Source: an uncultured archaeon
GTDB taxonomy: Archaea; Asgardarchaeota; Lokiarchaeia; Sigyniarchaeales; SOKP01
Assembly: GCA_964525635.1 (NCBI GenBank)
Contig: CAZGJX010000037.1
Coordinates: 1-35,371 of the forward strand
Reading direction: 5' to 3'
DNA: 35,371 nt
Program-made: the position numbers and the translations under genes
Shown: positions 18,555-29,802 of the stretch, piece by piece
Numbering within the stretch: the first letter of the stretch is position 1
How the letters are laid out: each line of letters starts with the position of its first letter
Notes under the pieces: model-generated
The model's input: the letters and a program-made list of their open reading frames with translations, nothing else
What the model was told of the DNA's origin: nothing
The model's database searches: none

Positions 18555-19253
18555 ATGAATAATACAAAAAATAAAATACCTCCAAGAGTACCTGAAGGAG
18601 AATCTATTGTAGAAGAACCTGAATTTACTATGGAGGAACTTAATCAAGCTTTTAAAAAGCGTATGAAGGAATATCAACATTTTGTTGATTTCATTATTGA
18701 TGATCTTAAAATAAAAGAAAATTCGAAAATATTAGAAATAGGTCCAGGACCTGCTTGGATTAGTATTCTTTTGGTAAAAAAGAAACCTTCAATAAAATTG
18801 ATTGGCTTAGAGATATCTGAAGATATGATCAGTATAGCTCGTCAAAATATAAAAAATGAAGGTGTAGAAGATCGAATTGAATTTATCAAAGGAGATGCTA
18901 AAAATATGGTAGATATTAAGAATAATTCGTTTGATGCAGTAATTACTCATGATAGTTTACACCATTGGGAGGATCCTATAGCTGTTTTTAATGAAATTTC
19001 AAGAGTTCTAAAAAAAGATGGAATTTTCTATATAAGTGATGGACGACGTGATCTTGGCATTGGTGCTAAAATTATTTTTCAAATTGCGAAATTAATTGTT
19101 CCAAAAAATATTCGTTATTATTGGAAGACATCTATAATGGCAGGATATACACCAGAGGAATTAGAGGAAATCTTAAATAAATCAAACCTGCAAGATCTAT
19201 ATCAAATAAACACAGATATCTTTGATTTATCTGTGCATAATAAAATATTATAA
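18555..19253 (+). CDS. Class I SAM-dependent methyltransferase (UbiE-like fold)
   Basis: ILEIGPGP, FDAVITHDSLHHWEDP and RVLKKDG. Confidence 0.92.
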   Translation: MNNTKNKIPPRVPEGESIVEEPEFTMEELNQAFKKRMKEYQHFVDFIIDDLKIKENSKILEIGPGPAWISILLVKKKPSIKLIGLEISEDMISIARQNIKNEGVEDRIEFIKGDAKNMVDIKNNSFDAVITHDSLHHWEDPIAVFNEISRVLKKDGIFYISDGRRDLGIGAKIIFQIAKLIVPKNIRYYWKTSIMAGYTPEELEEILNKSNLQDLYQINTDIFDLSVHNKIL

Positions 19254-19266
19254 TTTTTTTTTTTTT
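19254..19266 (+). terminator. Poly-T terminator between convergent genes
   Basis: T13 immediately after the methyltransferase stop. Confidence 0.45.
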
Positions 19267-19267
19267 A

Positions 19268-20530
19268 TTAATTTACTTTTGGAATTAAAAGAATAAAATT
19301 ACTTCCTTTTGAAAAATCATCTTTAACAACATTTTCAACCCATATTTTACTGTTATATTTTTCTAAAATAATATTTATTAAAGATAATCCCAATCCTAAT
19401 CCTCCATGATCTCTTTGTGTTTTATCTGTTCTCTCAAGAAAATTTTTTCTTTTAGATCATCCTTGATACCTATACCGTTATCTAAAAATTGAAATTTATA
19501 CATGTCTTTTTCTTCGATTTTTACCTCTGTAATTTTAATATTAATTTCTATTGTATTTTGTTTATTATGAAGTATAGCATTTATCAATAGATTTTCAAAG
19601 ATATCTATAATAAGTTCATTAGCAAGTATTTCAACTTTCCTTAACTCATGTTTAAGATTAATTTGAATCGATTTCAGTTTAAAAGTATTTTTAATATAAT
19701 CTATTACTTTTATGAGAATGGGAAGAACATCAATTTTATTAAATCCCATTTTTTCACTGATTTGAGATAATTTCCTTATATTTGAAACTAAATCTTGTCC
19801 CTCTCTCAATTTGTTCTTTTAAAATAGTTAAAATTGATTTAATTTTTTCATTTTTATTTATTTCCCCAATAAACATTGGTAATAATTCTGTAGAACTTTT
19901 AATGTTTTGAAGTATATTATTTATGTCATGTGAGAATAAATCTTTTAGAAATTCTATTCTTTTATATGCATTATTCGACTCATTTACTGCTTTTTTTATA
20001 CTCTGAGCAGATATATCCATTATAACTCTTATAAGAATAAATAAAATCAACGCAGGTATATTTGGAATTATTTCTGTAATAGTTCCAAAGAAAATCATTA
20101 ATATATCAATTAATAAAGCAAAAATCAATCCTGAATAAGGTTTTATTGTAATCGAACCAATAATAATTGGAATGATAAAATATACTATACTCCGTCCATC
20201 TAATAATTCATGTGGAGAATCTGCAAGAATTATTAATAAGGTTATTTGGATTAAGAATGTGTATGTAGCTATGATTCTTGAGAAATAATTATTTATTATA
20301 AAAACAAAAATTCCAATTATTATAAATATTAAAGATCCTATAGGTACACTAAAGAAAGCTTCTTCAGATTCCTTAGAAACTTCTTTTGGTAATAAAGGAT
20401 TGAAAATAAGGAAAATAATAAAAGCGAGAACGATAAAACCTACTATCAAATAATTTAATATCTTTTGCTTCCTTAAATCTTCAGAATCTCCTTGACATCT
20501 CTTGAAAAATTTCTCTCTGAATGATGCCAT
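19268..20530 (-). pseudogene. Membrane sensor histidine kinase with two frameshifts
   Basis: TM region plus H-box FSHDINN (19754..20530), N and G1 boxes NLLINA and DNGIGI (19396..19809), and G2 box HGGLGLGLSL...WVEN...GSNFILLIP in a further segment ending at TAA 19268. Confidence 0.85.
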
Positions 20531-20674
20531 AGTTACACATTAAAATAAGAAAATTAATATATATTAGAAAGACGACATATTTAATTATTCGTTTTTCATA
20601 ATTATATCTCTAAAAATATTGATATTATCTTATCGAAAGCATACAAACTCCTATTCATTAATAAATATATAATT

Positions 20675-21709
20675 TTAGAATCTTCTTTTTTTTTTTATAT
20701 ATGCTTGAAAGGGAGTTTTTGGTTCTAAAGAGATCCATTCTTTATTAAAATCTAAATTTGAAAGAGATCTTAATAAATCAAAACTAATCCATCGAGAGGC
20801 TTGAGGATATCTTTTATTTTCCCATAATCCAAATTTACCTTGTTCCTTTCTAATAAAAGTAATGAAATCAGCTATTCTCTCATCATTGATACTTGCACCC
20901 ACTCTCCAACATAAATTTAAAAGATGAGCAATATCAAATTTAGCCATAAAAGTTATCCATCCAAAAGATTTTTCTAGTCCAAGTAGTCTGGCAATAGTGA
21001 ATCCAAGGGTGTTTCTTAATTTTATATTAGTTCCTAAGATTAAATCTAAAGCCCGTTTAGCTTCGTTACTACTTCTTAATTTTGGGTGATATGCAAAACA
21101 TGATAGTACTGTCGTAGTGTTTGACCGACAACCAAATTTAGAGTGAACCAAATGCCTATATCCTGCAATTCCTCCATAAATTCCTGCAGAAATTCCTACT
21201 GGCCATGCTCCATCATCAAGTTTCTGTTCTAATAACCAATCAAATGCTCTTTCAACTCTCTTATCTGTTGAATAACCTGTCATAAGGAGACCCAAAAGTG
21301 GAATTGCCGTTTGAACAGGCATCATTTGATAACTATTTTCTTCATCCACTAATATATCTCGTCTTGGCATTTGCCAAGAGCCATCATCCAGTTGTTTAGT
21401 AAACATAAATTCTGCTGCCTTTCTAATGGGAATAAATGAAGAATCAAAACCTAAAAAACCAAGTCTCTGGAGTACTACCGATGTAATATGAACACTATTC
21501 TTTGATTCTATTCTACTTATACTAAATGAATCCCAAGAGCCATTTGGTTTTTGTAACTTTATTAATTCTTTAACTAAAGGATCTTGTACTCGAAGTTTTA
21601 ACAGTTCAATCACTTCAGGATCTTCTTTTGGACGATTTAAAAGCTCCTTTAAAATAAGGTATCGCAAACATGGAGAAGGGTCTATTAATAAAAGAGGAAT
21701 CCACGTCAT
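20675..21709 (-). CDS. Prenyltransferase/squalene-cyclase-repeat (QW) alpha-alpha toroid protein
   Basis: Repeats QKPNGSW, QLDDGSW, KLDDGAW and EQGKFGLW; no DxDD motif; ATGA overlap with the upstream gene. Confidence 0.75.
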   Translation of the reverse strand: MTWIPLLLIDPSPCLRYLILKELLNRPKEDPEVIELLKLRVQDPLVKELIKLQKPNGSWDSFSISRIESKNSVHITSVVLQRLGFLGFDSSFIPIRKAAEFMFTKQLDDGSWQMPRRDILVDEENSYQMMPVQTAIPLLGLLMTGYSTDKRVERAFDWLLEQKLDDGAWPVGISAGIYGGIAGYRHLVHSKFGCRSNTTTVLSCFAYHPKLRSSNEAKRALDLILGTNIKLRNTLGFTIARLLGLEKSFGWITFMAKFDIAHLLNLCWRVGASINDERIADFITFIRKEQGKFGLWENKRYPQASRWISFDLLRSLSNLDFNKEWISLEPKTPFQAYIKKKRRF

Positions 21710-24700
21710 AATAATACCTCCAAAACTTCTTTAATATATTTTGCTGTTGGTGTCAAACCTTTCGCAATATGCTCTGGTGGGCCTTTAGCAATAACTCTAC
21801 CACCCTCTGGACCTGCTCCGGGTCCCATCTCAATCAACCAATCACAAGCAGCTAATATATATGGGTGATGTTCTATAATTACTACTGTATGACCATTTTC
21901 AACTAGCAAATGTAAAACATCAATTAATTTTGAAACATCTTCTAAGTGTTGACCAATAGTTGGTTCGTCTAAAATATATAATGTATTTTTCTTTGTTTTC
22001 TTACCTAACTCTTTTACTATTTTAAGTCTCTGAGCTTCCCCACCTGAAAGTGTTCTTGCAGGTTGATTTAATTGTAAATATCCTAGTCCCACTTTTATAG
22101 CATTTTTTAACTTATTTGCTATAGTGACATTATCTTTAAATAAATCAAATACTTTCTTTATAGATAAATTATTGAGTTCTGAATATGAAATATCTTTATA
22201 ATAAATCTTATGGGCTTTCGCTTGTAGTCCGGAACCTTTACATACATCACATATCTCTATAATATCAGGTAAGAATTTCATATCTATTTTGGTGTATCCT
22301 TTACCATTGCAAATGGAACATTTTTTAGTTAAATCCTTCTCTGATAAATTTAGGAATTTACAATCCTCGGTTTCAGCGTATATTTTTACAAAATTTTGTT
22401 CTAAGCCAAGAAACTTTAGTGGACTTCCTATTTTTTTTTTTGTCTGATCAATGATAATTGTTTGAGGCAAAGTGCCCTCAATTTTATCATATATTCCAGG
22501 TTTTATGGGTTCTCTTGATACAGAAGTAGTATGATTCTTAGGTATAAGAGCTCTCCCCAAAGTATCAATTAATAAAGTACTCTTTCCTGAGCCAGATATA
22601 CCACAGATACCTACTATACACCCATGAGGTATCTTAACTATACCTCCCTTAAGATTATGTTCATATGCCCCATGAATTTTAAGCCATTTTTTTTGTGTTC
22701 TTCGTTTGCTTGGAATATTAAACTTTCTTTTTCCATTCAACCATTCTGCAGTAATGGTATTTGTTTTTTTTATCTCTTCTATAGATCCTTTGGCTACTAT
22801 TTCTCCACCATTTAATCCTGCTTCTGGCCCCATATCTATGATATATTCTGCTGATTCAATAAATAAAAGATCATGTTCAATTATTATTATTGTATTTCCT
22901 TTATCACGCAATTCTCTTAAAATATTCAATAAAGATTGAAGTTCAGAGGGGTGTAAGCCTCTAGAGGGCTCATCTAGTAATATAGTTAATGAAGATAAAT
23001 TACTCCCAATTAAACCTGCTAGTCTGATTCTTTGAGCTTCTCCAGCGGATAATGTTTCTACAACTCGATTTAGATGTGTATATCCTAAACCAATTCTTAC
23101 TAAAAATTCTAAACGATTAAAGATAATCTTGAAACTATTTATGATAAAATCATGTTGAAATTGTTCAGTAGATTGCTCCCTAAATTTTTTATATAATTCA
23201 TTTAAAGGTGTTTCAGCTATTTCATGGATATTATAACCAAGAAAAGAGAATTTAAGATATTGAGGCCGGAAACCCGTACCATTACATTCGCTACAGAGCA
23301 TTGTGTCAGTAAAAGTTCCGCCAGTATCCCAATCCCTTAACCATTGTTCATAAAATCCTTTAAAAATAAGATCTTTTGTATATCTTTGACCTTTTTTATT
23401 CTCAATGTGACATGTTAAGGGTTTTTCAGCTCCAAAGAGAAATGCTTTTTTAGCTTCTTCTGACATTTCATTCCATGGAGTTTCAAATTGATTGAATCCA
23501 TATCGATCAGCAAGAGCTTGTATAAAATAATAACCTACATTATAAGGCTTACATAGATATCCTTTAGGGAAAAATCCTGGAGAATACATTGCTCCCTTAC
23601 ACAAAGGTTTTTCAGGATGGATAATGAGCTTATCAGGATTAGGCACTTGATTAGATCCAATACCATTACATTTTAGACAAGCGGCAGAATAATTTGATGA
23701 GATAAAATGTCTTGGTTTTGCAATTGGTAAAAAAACATTGCATTTTTCACAATACCATTTTTCCTTCCTAACCATATGTTGTTTACATGTTGGGCATAAT
23801 ACATCTCCAATATATGAAAATAGATTTGCTAAATGAAGATTAATATCTGTAATTCTGCCAATGGTAATACGTAAATTAAAAAACCATCCTAGCCTTTTTT
23901 TTTCTGAGGATATTAATGCGGTAATCCCAAGTCCTGATATGTTACTAACCAGAGCTTCTGACCTTTCTTTTGTACTTTGTCTTTCATACATTGATAAAGT
24001 TTCAAAATAGCGCCTTCTTGCTTCAGCTTCTAAAGTATCAATTATTAGGCTTGATTTTCCTGAACCAGAGACTCCAGTAACCACAATTAATTTTCCTTTT
24101 GGAATTTTTGTACTAATATTTTTTAAATTATGAACATGAGCATTTTCAATCACAATATATGATTTTTTTTTTTTTCTTTCCTTCTTTAAAGTTGATGTTG
24201 GTTTAATAGAAGCATCCTCTTTAAGAGCCTTACTAGTAAAAGATCTATTATTTTTCATCAATCCTTCTAAAGTACCTTGATATACTAATTCACCTCCTTT
24301 AGGACCAGAACCTGGACCAAGGTCAATGATCCAGTCTGCAGCTCTTATCATATCAATATTATGTTCTATAATGACGATAGTTGCTCCCGATTCAATTAGT
24401 TTTTTTAGAATTGTTAATAATCCAGCTAGGTCTTTAGGATGTAAACCTGTTGAAGGTTCATCCAGAATAAAAATTTGATTTTCTAATGTATTTCTTCCGA
24501 GATATTTTGAAAGTTTAATTCGTTGGGCCTCACCGCCCGAAAGTGTGGGGGATGGTTGACCAAGAGATATATATCCTAAACCAATATCATTAAATGCTTT
24601 TAGCATTTTTTTTATAATCATAAGATCTTTGGCTGTCAATCTATTTTCATTCTCAAAAATCTTGGTAACTTCATGAATTGGCAAATCATATAACTCTGCT

Positions 24701-26580
24701 ATGGAAAGTAATCTATCTCCACAATTTACTTTTTCTAATAGAACTTCTTCAGAAAATCGTTGACCTCCACAATCAGCACATGTAATCCAATTAGATGGTA
24801 AATATCGCATCTTAATTTCTAAGGCACCCATTCCATTACATGTTGGGCATTGGCCTTCTGAAGTGTTAAAGGAAAAATAAGTTGCTTTAAAACGAGTATT
24901 CTTCTCATATAGTTTACGGATAATCTCAGCTATTTTTGTATATGTTGCAGGATTAGAACGTGGATTCTTTCCTATTGGGCTCTGATCCACTAACACTGGA
25001 TTAAGCTTTGGACCGATTAATTCATCACATCCAATAGGTTTTTTTTGCTTAATACTATTATATAATATTTCTTCTATCAATGTACTTTTCCCAGAACCAG
25101 AAATCCCTGTTATTATATTAAATCGATTTAAAGCAATTTTAACATCAATATTCTTGAGATTATGTTTATTTGCACCTTTAATTGACAAGAATTTCTGAGG
25201 GGCTAGTTTTTTTTGTGGTAATTTAATTGTTTCTTCAAAGCTAAAAAATTTACCCGTTGAAGTGTCTGCCTTCCATAGTTCAGCAGGAGTTCCTGTAAAA
25301 ATGATTTCTCCACCTTCATTACCAGCACTTGGACCGATATCAATAACTTGATCAGCCATTATTGTTGCTAACCTATCATGTTCAATATAAATCACAGGAC
25401 CTGCTAATTTATTGAGTTTTGGAAGTAGCCTTGCCACATCTGCTGGATGTTGACCAATCGTAGGTTCATCTAAAATATGAGTAATATCTTCTAATTCACT
25501 AAGTAGGGTTATAGCTAATCGAACTCTTTGAGATTCTCCTCTTGAAAGTGTAGGTGAAATACGGTCTAAGGTCAAATATTTAAGACCTACAGCATCTAAA
25601 GCAGCTAATCGTCTTTTAATTTCATGTATTAATCTATCTGAAGCGGGGAGGTCATCTTTCGAGAATAGTTCGAGAAGTTCTCCCACATTCATTTCTAAAA
25701 ATTTAGGAAATAATAATCCAGACCACGTAACATTTGATGCAAGAGGGTGAAATCCCGTATTATTGCATTCTATACAACCTTTACCTTTACAGTATGGACA
25801 ATTCCTTTTGAAATGAGTCGGTTCTAATTCTCCAAACCATCCACCACAATTAGTACAAACCGGTACTCTTGCTACGATTATTTCCTGATTTTCAGTCTTG
25901 ACTAAATAAGAATTAGCTCCTAGTGCTGCCCCTGTCTGAAGAATATTATAGAGTTCATTTACAGGAGTATTACTATTGATCTTATTTAGTGTAATTTGAA
26001 TATTATGAGGTTTATTCCAAGTTAATGGATTAGAATCCCACTCCTTTCCATCAACGATAATGTTGTTTTGACCAAATTCTTTAATTAAACTCTCTAATAA
26101 GGTCATATGACTCCCTTTAACATTCTGTACTAAGAGCACTGATATAGTCAGAGTGCTATTTCTGGCAAATCCTTCAATCTTGGAAATAATTTGTTCTTCC
26201 TTCATAAAATATAAATTATTACCGCAAATATGGCACCTTCTCTTACCATATCTTGCATAAAGTAATTTTAATAATGGAATCAGTCCCATAGCTGAAGCTA
26301 AAATGGAATTTGGATTACGATTAAGCAAATTTTGACCTAATGCGATTGTAGGACCTATTCCAGTAATTGAACGTACCTTAGCGGGAGCTATATTGATTTC
26401 TTCTTTATTAACTGAAAAAGCTTCTAAGAAACGTCTACGTGCTTCCTTATATAATATATCAAAAATCAGTGAGGACTTACCAGAACCAGATACACCTGTA
26501 ACCACAGTTAATCCATCATAGATGTCTACATCAATGTTTTTTAAATTATGTTCACTAGCTCCACGTATTTTAATTTCCAT
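21706..26580 (-). CDS. uvrA: Tandem-fused double UvrA-like ATPase (four ABC domains)
   Basis: Four Walker A motifs G(V/I)SGSGKS; signatures LSRGE, LSGGE, LSAGE, LSGGE; four LDEP motifs; Zn-finger CxxC pairs. The likely start is ATG at 26580 after GAGG (the track gives 26586). Confidence 0.9.
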   Translation of the reverse strand: MEIKIRGASEHNLKNIDVDIYDGLTVVTGVSGSGKSSLIFDILYKEARRRFLEAFSVNKEEINIAPAKVRSITGIGPTIALGQNLLNRNPNSILASAMGLIPLLKLLYARYGKRRCHICGNNLYFMKEEQIISKIEGFARNSTLTISVLLVQNVKGSHMTLLESLIKEFGQNNIIVDGKEWDSNPLTWNKPHNIQITLNKINSNTPVNELYNILQTGAALGANSYLVKTENQEIIVARVPVCTNCGGWFGELEPTHFKRNCPYCKGKGCIECNNTGFHPLASNVTWSGLLFPKFLEMNVGELLELFSKDDLPASDRLIHEIKRRLAALDAVGLKYLTLDRISPTLSRGESQRVRLAITLLSELEDITHILDEPTIGQHPADVARLLPKLNKLAGPVIYIEHDRLATIMADQVIDIGPSAGNEGGEIIFTGTPAELWKADTSTGKFFSFEETIKLPQKKLAPQKFLSIKGANKHNLKNIDVKIALNRFNIITGISGSGKSTLIEEILYNSIKQKKPIGCDELIGPKLNPVLVDQSPIGKNPRSNPATYTKIAEIIRKLYEKNTRFKATYFSFNTSEGQCPTCNGMGALEIKMRYLPSNWITCADCGGQRFSEEVLLEKVNCGDRLLSIAELYDLPIHEVTKIFENENRLTAKDLMIIKKMLKAFNDIGLGYISLGQPSPTLSGGEAQRIKLSKYLGRNTLENQIFILDEPSTGLHPKDLAGLLTILKKLIESGATIVIIEHNIDMIRAADWIIDLGPGSGPKGGELVYQGTLEGLMKNNRSFTSKALKEDASIKPTSTLKKERKKKKSYIVIENAHVHNLKNISTKIPKGKLIVVTGVSGSGKSSLIIDTLEAEARRRYFETLSMYERQSTKERSEALVSNISGLGITALISSEKKRLGWFFNLRITIGRITDINLHLANLFSYIGDVLCPTCKQHMVRKEKWYCEKCNVFLPIAKPRHFISSNYSAACLKCNGIGSNQVPNPDKLIIHPEKPLCKGAMYSPGFFPKGYLCKPYNVGYYFIQALADRYGFNQFETPWNEMSEEAKKAFLFGAEKPLTCHIENKKGQRYTKDLIFKGFYEQWLRDWDTGGTFTDTMLCSECNGTGFRPQYLKFSFLGYNIHEIAETPLNELYKKFREQSTEQFQHDFIINSFKIIFNRLEFLVRIGLGYTHLNRVVETLSAGEAQRIRLAGLIGSNLSSLTILLDEPSRGLHPSELQSLLNILRELRDKGNTIIIIEHDLLFIESAEYIIDMGPEAGLNGGEIVAKGSIEEIKKTNTITAEWLNGKRKFNIPSKRRTQKKWLKIHGAYEHNLKGGIVKIPHGCIVGICGISGSGKSTLLIDTLGRALIPKNHTTSVSREPIKPGIYDKIEGTLPQTIIIDQTKKKIGSPLKFLGLEQNFVKIYAETEDCKFLNLSEKDLTKKCSICNGKGYTKIDMKFLPDIIEICDVCKGSGLQAKAHKIYYKDISYSELNNLSIKKVFDLFKDNVTIANKLKNAIKVGLGYLQLNQPARTLSGGEAQRLKIVKELGKKTKKNTLYILDEPTIGQHLEDVSKLIDVLHLLVENGHTVVIIEHHPYILAACDWLIEMGPGAGPEGGRVIAKGPPEHIAKGLTPTAKYIKEVLEVLL

Positions 26581-26605
26581 ACACAATCCTCATGTTTATC
26601 AAAAA

Positions 26606-29116
26606 TTATTTTAAATATGGACCCGTTTTTGAATTTTTATTATTTTTCATCTCTTCTGGTGTACCTATAAAGATTATTTCTCCTCCTTTAGGACCTCCTC
26701 CTGGCCCTAATTCAATAATATAATCCATAAATGAAAGTATATCGGGATCATGTTCAATAATCAACACACTATTTCCTTCTTGGACTAGACGATCTAATAA
26801 TTCCATTAATTTTAAAGAATCATAGAAAGATAATCCTACAGTTGGCTCGTCTAGAATATAAAGTGAATTTCCTTTCCTTATTTTTCCTAATTCTTTTGCT
26901 AATTTAATACGTTGAGCTTCTCCTCCACTCAGAGTTGGAGCGGGTTGTCCTAACTCTATATATCCCATACCAATCTCATCAAGTATTTTGAGAACATTTG
27001 AAATATTAGTTTGAGATTTAAACAATTCTAATGATTCACTCACGGTCATATTAAGAACATCTACAATTGATTTATTTTTATATTTAACTTCCAATATTTC
27101 TGCTTTGTATCTCTTGCCTTTACATTCTTTACATTGTATTGTAAAACTACTTAGAAATGAAATTTGTAAATCTTGTTCACCACTTCCTTTACACATTGGG
27201 CATCTACCGTTATCAGAATTATAAGAAAAATGACCTGGTTTATATTTTCTGTTTTTCGCTTCTTCTGTTTTAGCAAATAAATTCCTTATTTTATCCCATA
27301 TACCTATATATGAACAAGGTGTAGATGTTTTAACTCTAGAAATTGGTCGTTGATTCACAACGACAATTCCTTCTAAATTTTTCCATCCTTCAATAATTCC
27401 AGAATATTCTAATAATTCATCACCATTTTCTCCATTGTCGCTATTTTCTCCCTTTTTTTTTTGAGTTTTACTGATATATCTCTTGAAAAAGGGTGTTAAT
27501 AATGGTACAAGAGTATCTTGTATTAAAGAACTCTTTCCAGAACCTGAAACTCCTGCAATTCCTACCATCATATCAAGGGGAATTTTTACATTAATATTTT
27601 TAAGGTTATTTGTTTTAGCATTGTAGATTTTTAAAAAATTCCCATTTTCTTCATTAAATTTACGATTTTTATTGACTTTTTGTGGTAGAGTAATTCTATT
27701 TTCTAGATAATTGCCTGTATTTGAGTCATTATTTTTCCTTATTCCATCTAAATTACCTTGATAAACAATTCTTCCCCCATTTATTCCAGCTCCAGGTCCG
27801 ATTTCAATTATTTCATCTGCGATTTCAATAAATCTTTTATCATGTTCAACAACAATAATACTATTACCTAATTTTTTTAGTTGCTCTAGAATTTTAATTA
27901 AAGAATCTTTTTCACATTCATGTAAGCTCATACTTGGTTCATCTAATACGTATATGAGAGAATCAAGTCCACTTTCTAAATGTATCATAAGAGATAATCT
28001 TTGAAGTTCACCACCACTTAAAGTAGGTAAAGATCTATGAAGATGTAAATATGAGAGCCCTACATTCATCATACGTTTTAACTGTTCAAGTATACTTTCT
28101 TTCATTGCCTTCCCTTGAATAGAATTAATACCTTCATTGTTAAGATTCTCTATATGTTTAATTAATTCTTCAATTGTCATCATTGATAACTCTCCAATAT
28201 GTTTATTTTGAATTTTGATATCTCTTGCTTGTTCATTAATTCTATATCCATGACATTCATCACATTTTTTCATAGTCATAAAATTTTTAGCTATTTTATG
28301 TCTTCTATAGTCACTTTTACCCTCTGTCCAAGCTCTTTTCATATGAGGTATAATACCTTCAAACTCTCTTTCTAATTCCCCTGAGAAATTTTTTGATTCC
28401 CATTGGAACTTAAATTTTTTTCCTTCACCACCATAAAGGAATAATTGCTTTATTTCTTCAGGTAGATCTTTATATGGTGTATTTATATCAAAGTCATAAA
28501 ATCTGGGTAATTGCTCAACAAATCTTATCTGATCTGCAAAAACTGCGGATCCTGCTTTTGTTATTTGAATTAAATTTTTGTTATAATCCTTTACAATCAT
28601 TTCCTCCGTATAATGCATAGTATATCCTCTTCCTTTGCAATTTAAACACATTCCACTTAGTTCATTGAATGAGAAATACTTAATTTGAAGTCTATCCACC
28701 TTCATACCACATAAATCACATTCAAGATTATAATTAACAGGTTCTTTACAAATTGGACATAATAGAATTCCTTCTGTTGCATATAGCATTCTAAGTAATC
28801 CATATATCCCTGTCTTAGTTCCTACTGTTGAACGAGGATTAAATACTCTGGTTGTTCTTTGTTCTACAGCTACTGTAGGGCTTAAACCTTCAATAATATC
28901 AAAAGGTTTTTCATCTTCAAATTTAGGAGGAAATCCTATTGATTGTAAATAACGATTCATTCCTTCATCAAAAATAATATCAAATGCTAAACTTGATTTA
29001 CCAGAGCCTGAGACTCCAGTAATTAGAATTAATTTTTTCTTTGGTATATTTACATTTACATCTTTTAAATTATGTATTCTTGCTCCAATTATCTTTATTT
29101 CATTCACAACATTCAC
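26606..29116 (-). CDS. uvrA: UvrA-like ATPase lacking the UvrB-binding domain (class II / UvrA2-type)
   Basis: GARIHNLK, two GVSGSGKSS, two LSGGE; only CPICKEPVNYNLECDLC where the UvrB-binding domain normally lies. Confidence 0.9.
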   Translation of the reverse strand: MNVVNEIKIIGARIHNLKDVNVNIPKKKLILITGVSGSGKSSLAFDIIFDEGMNRYLQSIGFPPKFEDEKPFDIIEGLSPTVAVEQRTTRVFNPRSTVGTKTGIYGLLRMLYATEGILLCPICKEPVNYNLECDLCGMKVDRLQIKYFSFNELSGMCLNCKGRGYTMHYTEEMIVKDYNKNLIQITKAGSAVFADQIRFVEQLPRFYDFDINTPYKDLPEEIKQLFLYGGEGKKFKFQWESKNFSGELEREFEGIIPHMKRAWTEGKSDYRRHKIAKNFMTMKKCDECHGYRINEQARDIKIQNKHIGELSMMTIEELIKHIENLNNEGINSIQGKAMKESILEQLKRMMNVGLSYLHLHRSLPTLSGGELQRLSLMIHLESGLDSLIYVLDEPSMSLHECEKDSLIKILEQLKKLGNSIIVVEHDKRFIEIADEIIEIGPGAGINGGRIVYQGNLDGIRKNNDSNTGNYLENRITLPQKVNKNRKFNEENGNFLKIYNAKTNNLKNINVKIPLDMMVGIAGVSGSGKSSLIQDTLVPLLTPFFKRYISKTQKKKGENSDNGENGDELLEYSGIIEGWKNLEGIVVVNQRPISRVKTSTPCSYIGIWDKIRNLFAKTEEAKNRKYKPGHFSYNSDNGRCPMCKGSGEQDLQISFLSSFTIQCKECKGKRYKAEILEVKYKNKSIVDVLNMTVSESLELFKSQTNISNVLKILDEIGMGYIELGQPAPTLSGGEAQRIKLAKELGKIRKGNSLYILDEPTVGLSFYDSLKLMELLDRLVQEGNSVLIIEHDPDILSFMDYIIELGPGGGPKGGEIIFIGTPEEMKNNKNSKTGPYLK

Positions 29117-29123
29117 TTCTTTT

Positions 29124-29795
29124 CTATAATTTTTTTTTTAAAATATAATGTGCACAATCATATCGTTCTGGATTATTTTTAACCGTGGAAATCTCCTTTT
29201 CATGACTGCTTAGGTTAATATATAAATCTGGATTGATTTTTTCTTCTCTTAATTTTTTAAGGATTTTTTCTAGTGGTTCATAATAATCAGTCCACCAACA
29301 TACTTTTTCCCAATTGATTTTACCATATAATTCAAATCCAAATTTGTCAATCAAACTCATATTTTTTTTCATATTCATAATTGTTTCTGTTAAAATAAAG
29401 AAACCCCCAGGTTTAAGTAGATTATAACAAACTTTAAATCCTTTATTAAAACCGATAATATGGATAACTCCTTCTGCCCAAATAATATCATAATCTCCTT
29501 TCTTTAATCCTGATTTAAGTAAAGAGCAATTTTTTGTAGTAATTCGATCATTTAGATTTCTTTTTCTTATTCTTTTATTGAATATTTTTAAAGATTTATT
29601 ATCTATATCTAATGCAATTATCTCACAATTAGTTAACTTTACCAATTCTAATGAAACAATACCAGTACCACATCCAATATCAATGATTTTAGGATTATCT
29701 ATTTTTGGAAGTAGATTAAAGGTTTTTCTTGTAAATTTAAGAAAAACTTTTCGAAAATCATCGATATCTGGAATAACATTCATATACAACTTCAA
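29124..29795 (-). CDS. Class I SAM-dependent methyltransferase
   Basis: IIDIGCGTG, YDIIWAEG and LLKPGG. Confidence 0.92.
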   Translation of the reverse strand: MKLYMNVIPDIDDFRKVFLKFTRKTFNLLPKIDNPKIIDIGCGTGIVSLELVKLTNCEIIALDIDNKSLKIFNKRIRKRNLNDRITTKNCSLLKSGLKKGDYDIIWAEGVIHIIGFNKGFKVCYNLLKPGGFFILTETIMNMKKNMSLIDKFGFELYGKINWEKVCWWTDYYEPLEKILKKLREEKINPDLYINLSSHEKEISTVKNNPERYDCAHYILKKKL

Positions 29796-29802
29796 ACCTC
29801 AT

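Noticed and set aside
19396-19810. BHB introns at the histidine kinase frameshifts
   Set aside because: These are single-base indels with no extra sequence or BHB fold
20675-21709. Squalene-hopene cyclase / hopanoid synthesis
   Set aside because: Single-domain length (344 aa) and no DxDD catalytic motif
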